DNA from: Fistulifera solaris
Lineage: Eukaryota
Assembly: GCA_030295235.1 (NCBI GenBank)
Contig: AP026173.1
Location: forward strand, 124,001-188,000
Length of the DNA: 64,000 bases
Direction of reading: 5' to 3'
Shown: piece after piece, positions 12,043 through 24,200 of the stretch
Layout of the letters: the number at the start of each line of letters is the position of its first letter
How positions within the stretch are numbered: the first letter of the stretch is position 1
Position numbers and translations under genes: made by a program
Notes under the pieces: model-generated
The model's database searches: none
What the model was told of the DNA's origin: nothing
The model's input: only the letters and a program-made list of their open reading frames with translations

Positions 12043-15000
12043 ATGTTCAAGCCCAAGACTGTCTTGTCGCACAAAGTCCGACTATCCTACTCGGACTCCA
12101 ATCGTCTCGATCAGAAAAGTGCACCTTGGCGAAAGAATTTTGGATCCTTTCCGTCGCTGCGATCGGATGAAGACCTGGAACAAATGGGGGATGAATGGAT
12201 CATCGGCGACGCCTCCAAACTGCCAAGACTGGACGCTCCGGAAGCCTTTCCGGGCGATTGCAACGTGAAGGAGTACGTTCTGGAGCATGTGACGCCCTAC
12301 GACGGCGATGCTTCCTTCCTTGCGCCCGCGACGGACCGAACCAAGAAAACCTGGGCCCGCTGCGAAGAGCTCATGGAATTGGAACGCCAACGAGGCATTT
12401 TGGACGTAGACACCAGGATACCTTCGACGATTACAAGCCACGGACCTGGTTATGTACTGAGCAAGGACGAAGATGTTATTTACGGGTTACAAACGGAGGA
12501 GCCTTTGAAACGGGCCTGCAAGCCGTTGGGTGGCTTTAAAGTGGTGCAAGGAGCTTTGGAAAGTTACGGATACAAGGCGGATCCGGAGATGGCCAAGATT
12601 TACACGACGCAAGTTTCGACGCACAACGATACGGTCTTTAGTATGTACACCAAGGAAATGCGCGCGGCTCGTCACAGTCATTTGTTGACCGGATTACCCG
12701 ATGCCTACGGACGAGGACGTATCATTGGCGACTATCGTCGACTCGCTCTTTATGGAACCGATGATTTGATTCGACGCAAGAAGCTGGACTACGATGCACT
12801 CAAAGGTACCGCCACGGAAACAATGCAACTCCGATCGGAAATCACACAACAAGTGAAAGGGTTGAAAGAGCTTACCGTCATGTCCGATGCGTACGGTGTG
12901 GATGTTCGAAAGCCCGCGAAAACGTTTAAGGAAGCGGTTCAGTTTATGTGGTTAGGTCATACTGCGGCATTGAAGCAGCAAGACGGAGCTGCCATGTCCA
13001 TTGGACGTTGGGATGCCTTTTGGATATTTATGCGGAGAAGGATCTAGCAGAGGGAATCGTGACGGAGCAGGAGATACAAGAGATTATTGACGATGTGGTG
13101 ATCAAGATGCGACTGGTCCGCCACTTGCGTCCTCCTGCATACAATGAGCTGTTTTCCGGCGATCCGACTTGGCTGACGATTGCTTTGGGTGGCTGCAAAG
13201 AAGATGGCACGAGTCTAGTCACCAAGACTTCCTATCGCTTCTTGCATACCCTTACGAATTTAGGTCCTGCTCCTGAGCCCAACTTGACAGTGCTTTGGTC
13301 TCAAAACTTGCCTAACAACTTCAAGGAATACTGCGCTCAGCAATCCATTGACACGTCGTCCATTCAGTACGAGAACGACGATATGATGCGACAAGTATTT
13401 GGCTGTGACTACGGCATCGCGTGTTGCGTGTCAGGTATGCGTATTGGAGTTGACATGCAATTTTTCGGTGCAAGAACCAACATGGTGAAGCTTTTGCTCA
13501 TGTGCTTGAACGGCGGTAGAGATGAAATGCACGGTGATAAATTGTGCCACGATCTTGAAGCCGAATGCGCGAAACTGGGAATTGGAAAAGGCGACGAAGA
13601 CAGACCCATCAGCTATGAGCAAATTGAACGGCTGTACTTTGACATCGCTATGCCGTGGATGGCCAAGCTGTACGCTGAGACGATGAATACAATCCACTAT
13701 TCACATGATCGTGCTTGCTACGAAAACTTGCAAATGGCATTACACAACTCCAATGTGAACCGCTTGATGGCTTTTGGATGCGCTGGACTCTCGGTTGTCG
13801 CGGACTCCCTGGCCGCAATCAAGTATGATGACGTCTTCCCCGTTCGTAACGAGGCGGGTCTTACGGTCGGCTTTCGCCGTGCACACCCCAATCGAGAGAT
13901 TCCTCAGTTCGGCAACGATGACGACCGTGTGGACTCTCTGGCGGTCCGTGTTTGCTCTCGATTTTACGATGAACTGAACAAGCAACCTTTGTACCGCAAT
14001 GCAAAAGCCACGCTTTCTATTTTGACCATTACGTCCAACTTGGTCTACGGCAAGGCAACGGGGGCGAGTCCAGATGGACGTGTCGCTGGAGAGTCCTTCG
14101 CGCCTGGTTGCAATCCAATGCACGGTCGTGATAAGAACGGAGCTTTGGCATCTCTAAGTTCGGTCACAAAGATTCCGTACGCCAAGTGTATGGATGGAGT
14201 TTCCAATACATTCTGTCTGTTGCCGAACGCGTTGGGACAACCAAAGAATCGGAAATCCAATTTGGCTACCCTCTTGGACGGCTACTTCGCGCACAACGGT
14301 CATCACATCAATATTAACGTCTTGAGCCGAGATATATTGAGGGATGCACATCTTCACCCCGAGAAGTATCCCAATTTGACCATTCGGGTGAGTGGTTACG
14401 CCGTTCGCTTCTGCCGTCTTACTCCCGAGCAGCGTGAGGGAAGTGATGGCGCGCACCATGCACTCCTCCAGTGTCGTCACCATGGCCCACACCGACAAAA
14501 ATCACGAGTTGTACGGCTTCGATGATATGGAAGAAAAGAAACAAGAAGAACTTCACATCGAAGAGATGGAAGGTGTGATTGAAGGCAATGCAGTATTGGG
14601 TAGTGTTTACTCGTTCGAAACGTTTTCGACAACGGATGGACCTGGAATTCGAACGAACGTCTTCTTGCAAGGTTGCCCCAAGAAATGTACCTTTTGTTGC
14701 AACCCAGAGACACAAGCTCTGGCCAACCCCAAGGATCATCCGGAATTTGCCATGTCTTCGGCAGAAGTGGCTTCGTTGGTCAGCAAATACTCGGAATGGC
14801 TCAAGCCGCGCGGTGGCGGAATCACCGTTTCGGGAGGAGAAGCTTTGGTGCAGCCTGATTTCGTCAGCGACTTGTTCCAAAAGATTCACGAGGAAGGCTT
14901 GACCACTTGTTTAGACACAGCCTGCTTTGGCAACAAGGCCCGTTGGGACAAGGTGCTACCTCACACCGACAACGTCTTGTTGTGTATGAAAGGCATGGAC

Positions 15001-15366
15001 AACGATGTGGCTGCCAGTGTTGCTCGGGTATCCCCTGCGGAGATGCAGAAATCGAAAGACTTCGCCCGATACATCCGAGACTCCTATCCCAACATTCGCA
15101 TTACGTTACGTTGGGTGCTGTTGAAGGGTATCACCGACACGGATAGTGAATTGGACGCGCTCGCAGCGTTCGCGAAGGAACTCGGGCCCGTGTTCCATAC
15201 CATCGAGTTGATTCCTTACCATGAGTTGGGCCGCGAAAAGTACGACGCGTTGGAGTGGGAGTATCCTTTGCAAGATATGACGTCCTACAAGAAAGAAGAC
15301 GCACAGCGTGTTCAAGAACGATTGCTGAATGCACAGGTGGCGACTATTTTGAGCAACGTTGCTTAA
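12043..15366 (+). CDS. pflB-pflA: Pyruvate formate-lyase fused to PFL-activating enzyme (radical SAM), ~1100 aa, intronless; apparent frameshifts at T-run 13018-13021 and G-run 14438-14440
   Basis: [28 protein letters not shown], catalytic IACCVS, glycyl-radical loop [10 protein letters not shown]. Activase: [20 protein letters not shown] (CxxxCxxC), [26 protein letters not shown]. The PFL terminal helix (EVMARTMH) lies in the activase frame with no stop between. Confidence 0.88.
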
Positions 15367-15518
15367 CAAGGCGACGACCAATTTGAAGTGTAGTTATTGT
15401 GGAAGTAATGCATATAAATATTGAAAACAGACTTTCATTTAGTTGATAACCTCTGTTTCCATCCCATGCATGTTTTTCTTTATCATTACATCCTTTTCGT
15501 ATTCTGATCTCAGTTCGA

Positions 15519-16418
15519 CTACGCATTCAAAAACGCCGCATCTTCGTTGAGTTCGCCTTCCATAAGCACCGCATCTTCCATATCCTTGTGCATGGAAGCA
15601 TCCCGGAACAGAGCGTGCATGAACACTAAGAAGCCCGATGAAAACAATGTCCACCAGAACACATTCTGGAACACCCACATTAAGTAAAAGACGGAAACAA
15701 TACCCAAACCGACGGCCGCCGTTTTCTGAGGAATTTGAACGGCTGCAGCAAGGTGTGAGTGAAAGAAAGTTCAAACACCTTTGACACAAGCAAATCGCCT
15801 TGGAAACTCGATTGCCCGGTTACGGCAAAAAAAACAACCTCACGAAAGTTACGTACATCCCAATGCCAGCGTTCCATTCGAAGATGCTCGAATGAACCAC
15901 ATGCATCCCGCGGCCCAAATTCCTACCAAAATCAGTGTCGTTGGGCTGGTAATGACCGTCAAACAAAAGAGCAGGATCGTCATGAGGAAATAATTCAAAT
16001 AAAAGAACGTAATATTGTGACGCAACCGTTCCACCAACAACGAAATATTCTTTTCGACATAGAATCCTCGTTCTTCTCCAATCCCGAAAAAGATGGCCGG
16101 AGTGCGCAATTGATCGCGTCGGAAGATCGTCCCTACGTATTGTTTGGTGCTATCCGGAATCGAAGCCGATACGCGTCCCATGGCTTCGTTGGCTCCACTC
16201 GAGTCCCATTTTTCTTTCTGAATTCATGAGGAGAAGTATTAAGAGTAAAGAGAGAGAGAAAGTGGTAAGAAAAAAGTCATTTCTTTTTCGTGAAACAACA
16301 TGGACCCCACAGCGGGCCTTTATAACTCGATGTGCACGTACGCGGAAGTCATCAAGCCCATAAAAGAACCGACGGAGCTCGCTCCTCCCGCAGCATCACC
16401 CGTATTCAAGTGTGACAT
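15519..16418 (-). CDS. PRA1 (prenylated Rab acceptor) family protein, 3 exons
   Basis: RLRHNITFFYLNY and HALFRD motifs with hydrophobic segments. Introns at ~16218-16341 and ~15752-15856. Confidence 0.8.
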
Positions 16419-17118
16419 TGTGAATTGTTTGATTGGTGCTTGAGAAAGATGGTAATTATAGTTCGATGTTGGTGAATTACAGAAGACAAGAATGACAGCG
16501 CTGCAATGGGCGTCTTTTATTCTTGGCGAAGAGGGGCGAGACGACCGTTGCAACTTGCAACACGAGTCATTCTCGCAAAGACTGTGTGTTTGCGTTCTGT
16601 CATTCGAGAGTCTCTCCAGTTCACGAATATGACATCACTTTTGGGGGAGCGACTGGCTGGAACCTACAGTACTTAATACGCGATACTCTGAAGAGTTGCA
16701 CTTGCATCGGCTAATTCGAAAACCTCCGGCACGCCAGTCTCGCTTTCAAATACGCCATCGGTCGCGGAGTAGCGCACCAGTGATGGCCCAACCGTTAAAG
16801 TTTCATCCTCCTTCTCGCGGGAAACTCAGTGGATGACGATGACCTTGTTGCTTGTTGAGTGTTGAACCTTTGGATGCAAGTGAACATGATGACGATATCA
16901 TTAAAGATGTAAGGAACAAAGCTTCTGAAGATTATTAAAAGAATGTTTAATTTTGTGGTTGTGGGTTCTATATCTCTATTTCAAATTTTCTTATGATAGT
17001 AAAAAGGTCACCAAACGCCGAGGAGACAGTTCCCTTTTGCTGGGTTGCTTGACAAAAAACGATTATCTTGAATACTTTTGGATGACAGGTTCATCCCAAA
17101 AATTTCTCAATATCACTC

Positions 17119-17397
17119 TCAGTACCCATTGCTCGATGCGTCTACAAAAAATCCCCACTCCGAGTCGGTCGAGGATGGTGATGGGTCATAGCATATGGAA
17201 TCACCAAGTACCATGATTGGTGGATCGGAAGAATGGAGCAGTAACTTTGGTATGGCATCCACACTGGAAGAAGTCGTTGTCGTGGTGGTAGAAGAGGCAT
17301 TGGACAAGGACGAGCTAAACCGCCGGCTCAAGACCCTGCCTTTTTGTCGTTGTTTGCTGTGATTTAACAGTATACTCCGGTTGTAAATAGAAGGCAT
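17119..17397 (-). CDS. Small Ser-rich hypothetical protein ending in a WGFFVD motif
   Basis: ATG in an AC-rich context (caacaccATG), 92 codons, low complexity. Confidence 0.5.
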   Translation of the reverse strand: MPSIYNRSILLNHSKQRQKGRVLSRRFSSSLSNASSTTTTTTSSSVDAIPKLLLHSSDPPIMVLGDSICYDPSPSSTDSEWGFFVDASSNGY

Positions 17398-18373
17398 GGT
17401 GTTGTTGACGTTTGACGTAAAGAAATGGATTCTGTGTTTGTGTGAAATAGGAGAATGAACGCAATGAAAGTCAAGTATTGCAATCAAGAGCGTGCTTTGA
17501 ATCTTCGTCGTCGTGTGAGCGAAAATAAATACGGAGTAATGGAAAATCATCGAGAGAGCGAAACAGCGAGAAAGTTTCGTTGATGGGAGAGGGCCGTACC
17601 CCGTAGAATTTCCACGGAGCGCAGTCTGTGATCGTCGGCTTCAAGGTGCATTTTCTTCGATCGAGCGAGTAAGTCGTGGAATAGGATAAGTACACGAATT
17701 GCGACAGTCACGCTGTGACTGCGATACAAGAAAAGTAGTCCGAGGATTTCATTTTCTACTGAAGCGACAGCCGCGTCATGTCGCATCCGTATACGTGGCC
17801 AATATTTGCTGCAACTCTCTAATTGCGGATACGGCGTCATGTCCTTGCCACGTACAACAACGATGTCCTTTCTGAGGGACATCGTACTTCCTATTACAGT
17901 CTGGACAACTTGTATGGTTCTAATGAGTAGTCTTGTGTGTCGATTGTGTCCGACGTCATCATATAATTTCTAAATTCATTCGTGATCTTGAAATGCTACT
18001 ATTTTTCGTACAGTTAATTGATCGTTTGGCTCGGACGCGAGGAGAAAGCGGAAAGGCATACGTCATGTATTCTTGGTCTTGCTCAGTCAGTTTGAGTCGA
18101 CCTTCCCATCTTCAACGTTCACCATTTACTCTACCTTTTAGTGTAGGAGACGTTTGACCCGAGGAGGACCTTTTCGCTCGTCCGCAGCGTCGCCGCCACG
18201 AAACACGAAACAGCAAGAAAGGCGCGGACGACGACGTTTCTTCGTTTCGTTTCGTCAATGCACACCAAGTCCGTTCATATTATTTTTTTATCGACGAAAC
18301 ACGAAACAAAACAGATTTCTGCAACCTAAAACAAAGTTGTTTATTTCACACTACAAAATCAACATCACCACAG

Positions 18374-18859
18374 ATGGCTCTTCCACTCCCAGTGTTACGG
18401 CTTATTGCCGAGGCAAAGAGCGTTTGTATAGTCACAGACAATGCCGTTGCGCCGGCCGCACCCGTATCGACTGCGTCGGTCAAAGTTCTTCGCCGGCATC
18501 ATAGTTCACCTCCTGTTGTTGCACCAAGTTGTCGCTGGAGTAGCTCTTCTCCGTCGCCGTGCCGTTGGACGAGCTCCGATGGAAAAGAAAACACGAATGC
18601 TTCACACAGAGCCATGCCTGTGAAAGGACGGATATCGTGTTCATCGTCGCTTCCACGAAAGCCCGAGCGAACCCCGGCAAGTCCTGACGAAAAACTTTCA
18701 CCCATATCACCCATGTCCATTCAAAGTTTGTGCAAATCAAACCACCTGATGATCCAGCACCTCCCGTCGCCCATAGCTTCGCCGCAACGGCGGAGGAATA
18801 GTTTGAGGAATTCTACCATTATCTTATCCGAAGCTTTGGCTACAGCTCTGACTTTTTAA
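18374..18859 (+). CDS. Hypothetical S/P/R-rich disordered protein (MALPL...IVTDNA family)
   Basis: 161-aa ORF sharing N- and C-terminal motifs with the ORF at 21563. Confidence 0.65.
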   Translation: MALPLPVLRLIAEAKSVCIVTDNAVAPAAPVSTASVKVLRRHHSSPPVVAPSCRWSSSSPSPCRWTSSDGKENTNASHRAMPVKGRISCSSSLPRKPERTPASPDEKLSPISPMSIQSLCKSNHLMIQHLPSPIASPQRRRNSLRNSTIILSEALATALTF

Positions 18860-19708
18860 TTTCATTTCTACGACCTCCCTCGCTACTCACATGCTTGCGT
18901 GTCCCCTATTTCAGCATTCATAATGGCATCGCCTCCTTTTCGCGCTTCACAACGATATTTCATACGGATTATAATACTACTAATTAACTCATCCCTTTTC
19001 ATAAGTAGACCCCCTTTAAGTAATTTGGAACACAATCTTTGTTTTTTGCCTTGGTAAGCGCGTCGCAATCATCCCTTATCTAAAACGTAACGAGATACCC
19101 CGACTTGATTATTTGCGACGCGAGTGACGATATGTCAAATTCGATGATTCGCTCGCTTGTGTTGACATAGAAATCGATTCTTTAAAACGCACTACCATTG
19201 CTTGATGCGCCAAAGGTCAGCAGATCCATAGTGGCCACAAACTTGCTTTTTGTGACCAAAAGCACTTTGAATCTGTTGGGTTTCAATTTTACTATAGACT
19301 ACAAGTGTATATTACTTTTTGCCCGACTGGAATGCAGTCACGAGTCGCAATTGCTGTGTATGATGTTCAAAAGAAGTCTCCCACCAGCGCGGAACGCATC
19401 GTCTTTCGATACTCAAGCAAATACCATTCTATACCTACGATTCGCATTTGCTATCCATCTCCTGATTTCTGAGTCCAATCGCTCGCCGATCCTGTTCTTC
19501 CCTATTTACTATAGTTGTAGAGTGTAGTCCGTTTTCGCCACGACTGATTTTCAAGTTGAGTGAGTCATGAACGATCTGTCACACTGCGACACACGCTGCT
19601 TTCAATATTGACGTTGTTTATCGACTTCATTCATTGCAGCCTTTGTAACCCTCATAGAAAGACTCTTGCTGCTTCATTGTTGCACATTAATTTTATCAAC
19701 AGAGAAGA

Positions 19709-20633
19709 ATGGAGAAAGAGAATCCTTCATCCCGATCGGCGAATGTGAGCAATCCGTATGCTTCACAGAAGAAGGAAGCACCGTCATTGCCGCCGAATTT
19801 ACCCACGACACCTCGTGATCTTTTTTCTTGCCCATTTGCCGTCTTCTGTGACTCAATTAGACAAAGAAACAACTTCCGAAAAGTCTACGAGTGAGTCTGC
19901 GGCCAAAAGCAATAACGCCGACAATGACGTGCCTTGGGCGCAGCGCTTGTTAAGCAGCCAAGTGCCCATGTTTGCGGAAATACAAACTGTAACAGAATAT
20001 TACAATTTACAACCCAAACACGGACAGTTCTATCGAATCACTGGAAAATTGGTTCACAAAACAGTACACAGTCCTACTTGCGTTTCGCTGGTGCTCGAAG
20101 ATCCGCTTACGTCGCCACCCACCCGCAAACGCCGCGTCAGTTTTCCCCTGGGACCCCGTTCGAGCCGAACACCGGGAAACAACGCGGATCCTTCGACGCC
20201 CAAATATTTGGGCGGCAAAGCGCCGGCTTCGGTGATTCGACGAAAATCATCTTTGCTGCGAAAAACACCGGTTGCGGCGCCGCCATCGGCACTCGACAGT
20301 CTCGTGACAGCTTTGAAAGGACGTGTGTGGGTGATTGTTCGCCATATTCCAATCAACAACATCACTGTGGGTGATCTAGTCATGATTATGGGAAGTACAC
20401 AAATCTTGACAGAAACTACATTTTTAAATGAGGAGGACGGAGAATTCGTACGTGACGTGCAGCAACGCTGCACCGAACGGACTCACTTTCTTCAGGCTCG
20501 CATTGTACGGAGTGCGGCCGGTACGGATATGAAACTCTATGAACAAGCATTAAAGGCGCGTCGTACGTACATGACGCAGAGAGAAAAGTCGGCAACTACA
20601 AACTTAGATCGTGAAGAGCATCGTGCCAATTAG
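19709..20633 (+). CDS. TEN1-like OB-fold protein (CST complex), with N-terminal extension; frameshift at T-run ~19821-19826
   Basis: GQFYRITGKL...VGDLVMIMG...LQARIVRSAAGTDMKLYEQALKARR resembles my recollection of TEN1 (G..LRTFGRL...VGSLYIVLG...KARVLTCVEGMNLPLLEQAI). Confidence 0.6.
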
Positions 20634-21562
20634 GAGTCGTTCTAGTTTTCCACGAACGTGACTGATATTAGCGTCACTGTTTTTGATCCCATTTCATTCT
20701 AAAAACAACAAGTTCTGCCTTTAGCTGAGATTGGTTCTTAATGACACTGCACTCCACATCTTGGGATCTTCGAGCGAAGTTATTTCTTTCGACACAAGAT
20801 ACCTTTCACAAGACGCTCAGAAGTCCCAATAAATGCTCTGTTCACAGTTGACGTTTTGCTGCGTTCGTACTTCTCTTTGTCTCCCTAGATCTCTGAGTTT
20901 CGGGACTTTATCTGGTAACAGGTCCGAGTTTGAACCAAGAAGCAAGACCTCGACGTACTCGAAATTCCGGAGCTTGATTATTGAGATTCAAATGAGATTC
21001 TAGTTGCATGTACACCACTTTTTCTTTTCGGCTCTTTTCGATCTTGAATGTTATAATTTCTAACTGAATGACAGAAAGACGGGACTTAGAACTCTTTGTT
21101 TCCAGCTCGTTGTTGCTCTCACTGGAAATTGCAGCGTTCGGATGAATCGCGCTTCGCCCTAGCCGAAGCAGTAGAATCATGATTGTCCATGTTAATTCAT
21201 TGGGCACAGAGCCGAACTCCGTCAATAAACGATAAGAAGAATTCACACATGCTAAAGTTCTTCAACCCTTAATTCTGAAAACAAATCAACGGGCATGTGT
21301 AACTTTATAAGGAAACCGTGGTACATTCTATGCGATACTCATTTCACTGGATCCGTAAAAACGCAAAGATGAAAAGTGCGCATTTCGCATTCATCTCGTG
21401 CGGCTTGTTTCTTGTTTCCGATGTCTCCTCAAACCGGATGCAAAGCATGAGACGGCGAAAGATGGTGGATGTATGTTTTGCTTCCACAGATTTATTGAGC
21501 CTCTTTTGAAAATCATCGCATCTTATAATTTTTATTCTTTTCTCTTCTTCTTCTTCTTCATC

Positions 21563-21901
21563 ATGGCTCTACCGCTCGCCCTTTGGAAACATCTCGCTGC
21601 CGATAACATCACGATTGTCGTGGACAACGCCCGCGCCCCCAAACATCCTCAGTCGTCGCGAAACAAAAGTCCTCCGCTCATCAGGGCGTGGCCCCGTTCC
21701 ATGTCTCCGCCTCCGTGCGTTGCCAAATTGAGCAAGGAAGAGAGTGTCGATCAACCAGCGCTTTCGACCATCAAGTTGATTGATGTTTACACAACGCACA
21801 GTTACCGACCCACACGCGCCGTGAGCCGACCGTGTCGATCTTCTTCGTCGGCGAGCGCAGCTCGAATACTATCGGAAGTGTTAGAAAAAACGATGAGTTA
21901 A
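21563..21901 (+). CDS. Hypothetical disordered protein, paralog-like to 18374-18859
   Basis: MALPLALW...ITIVVDNA...RILSEVLEK, compared with MALPLPVL...VCIVTDNA...IILSEALAT. Confidence 0.6.
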   Translation: MALPLALWKHLAADNITIVVDNARAPKHPQSSRNKSPPLIRAWPRSMSPPPCVAKLSKEESVDQPALSTIKLIDVYTTHSYRPTRAVSRPCRSSSSASAARILSEVLEKTMS

Positions 21902-22037
21902 TCGAAAGGAGTAGCTTTGGCGCAGCTCTTGTAAAAACTATTTATATAAAATGGTAAATGTATATACGTAATATCAATTTTATTTTAACTCATTCCGATC
22001 TTTAACACGTGAACACGCAATCGCCAGTACTCTAGTC

Positions 22038-24200
22038 TTACGAACGAATTCCCAATTGAGCTTCGAGCTGCGCAATCTTGGCTTCAAGTTCCGCCACGGC
22101 CGGGGTCTTGGGGGCGGCCGCCACAATCGATGCCACGGACTGCGTGCCAATTTCATCCGTCACGCATCCCTCACTGGCGGTAGCGACCGTTTGAATATAG
22201 CGGAACAACGTTCCTTGTGTTGCACGGAGGGGTGGAGGGACCCATTCCCGACGTCGCTTCTCCCATTCTTCGTCAGAAATCAACAAATCAATCGTTCGTT
22301 GGGAAGGACGAGCATCAATGCGGATCGGGTCTCCCGTCTTGACAAGAGCCAAGGGACCGCCCACTTGTGCTTCGGGAGTGATGTGTCTTTAATAATATAC
22401 AGTTATTAGATTATTCACTTTCGTTGACACAATCACAAAAAGGGAAACACACACTTACCCGATACAAAAACCGTGACTTCCGCCACTGAAACGACCATCC
22501 GTCAACAAGGCAACTTTGTCACCCAGTCCTGCTCCCATAATCGCACTGGTCGGTGTCAACATTTCGGGCAATCCAGGTCCTCCCTTGGGTCCTTCGTAGC
22601 GAATAATCACGACATCGCCCGGCACAATTTCTTTGTTTTCCAAGCCGCGCATCATGCTAGGTTCGTTGTCGTACACACGTGCCGTACCCGTAAAAGTCTC
22701 TCCTTCCTTACCGGTGATTTTAGCGACACCGCCACCCGGACACAAGTTTCCGTACATCATCAACAAGTGGCCCGTGGCCTTGATGGGATCCGAGAGTGGA
22801 CGGATGATGTCTTGTCCAGGTTTCAAACCGGGATGGTAAGCAAGGTTCTCGGCATGGGAATACCCCGTAACAGTCATTTGACTACCGTCCAAAAAGCCTT
22901 CATCCAGCATGAATCGGAGCAAGCCAGGCGTTCCACCTATGTTCTGTACATCTTCCATGACGTACTTTCCGGAGGGTTTCAAATCGGCCAAAAAGGGAGT
23001 CTGATCACTGATGCGTTGAAAGTCTTCCAAAGTAATGTACGCACTGGGATTTTGTGTCGATCGACTCATGGCCACCAAGTGCAATACGGCATTTGTGGAT
23101 CCACCCGTAATCATAATCATGCGAATCGCATTTTCAAACGCTTCTTTGGTCATAATGTCGCGCGGTTTCAAATCCATCTCCAACAGTTTGCGCATGGCCG
23201 CACCCGCTTGGAAGCATTCATCGGCTTTTTTCTTTCGAATCGGCGGGCGAAGAAGACGAATACGGTAAGGACATTCCGAGAGCCTCAATCGCCGTAGCCA
23301 TGGTGTTGGCCGTGTACATGCCTTTGAAATGGTAAACGAAGGAGTGAGTGACTGAATGATGTAAACAAACCTTGAAACCCCCAACGAACCAACCAACGCA
23401 CCTCCACAAGCCCCCGGCCCCGGACACGAATGTTGAATGATTTCTTGTCGTTCCTCTTCGGAGATTTTGTCATACACATACTGTCCGTACGACTGAAAAG
23501 CACTGACAATATCCAAGGGCTGACCCGTCGAAGGCTGTTTTCCCGCACGGATGGTTCCACCGTACACCATAATCCCCGGACGATTCAATCGTCCCATGGC
23601 CATGATACATCCGGGCATATTCTTGTCACAACCGGGCAACGCAATCAATCCATCGTACCACTGACCACTCATGGTGGTTTCCATCGAGTCAGCAATCAAA
23701 TCACGCGACTGCAAGGAAAATCGCATCCCCGACGTTCCCATACTAATGCCATCCGAGACACCCACCGTGTTGAAACGGAATCCGACACAGTCAGCTTGTT
23801 CGACGCCCCGTTTGACTTTTTCACTCAAATCCAGAAGGTGCATATTGCAGGGATTTCCTTCGTACCAGACACTGGCAATGCCCACTTGTGGTTTGTTCAT
23901 GTCTTCTTGTTTCAAGCCGGTAGCGTACAACATGGCTTGGGAGGCGCCTTGTACTTTGGTCTGTGTCAATGTTCTGCAAAAGAGTAAAGGAAGGCAACAA
24001 AGAATCGAATGAAGCGGTAAGAGGTTTGTTGTTCAATAGCAAGCTACCCTAACGTTTTCGTCAGACACGCACCGACTCCATTTGTTCAAAATGGGTCCTT
24101 CTTCCGACATGGAGAGAGCCGTAGAAGAACGCGTTCTTGACTGGGTAAGAGCAAAGCCATGAGCGGCTCCTGTAAGAGAAAGAAACAAGACGAACTTCAT
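22038..24200 (-). CDS. ilvD: Dihydroxy-acid dehydratase, plastid-targeted, 4 exons; frameshift ~23226-23231
   Basis: [74 protein letters not shown]. Leader [16 protein letters not shown]. Introns 23974-24072, ~23323-23401 and ~22388-22458. Confidence 0.95.

Noticed and set aside
14431..14445. Programmed frameshift controlling the PFL:activase ratio
   Set aside because: The shift falls inside the conserved PFL C-terminal helix, there is no slippery heptamer, and similar homopolymer indels occur throughout the window. Raw reads would settle it.
12043..15366. PFL locus as bacterial contamination
   Set aside because: It is contiguous with intron-containing eukaryotic genes on both sides, has similar composition and carries an N-terminal extension.
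16759..16830. tRNA-like start (cgcggagtagcgca)
   Set aside because: No T-loop GTTCRA or acceptor-stem pairing follows.
20908..21246. 112-aa minus-strand ORF and other short intergenic ORFs (24471-25296, 33850-34301, 61425-61690)
   Set aside because: Mostly non-ATG starts, non-coding-like composition and no motifs.
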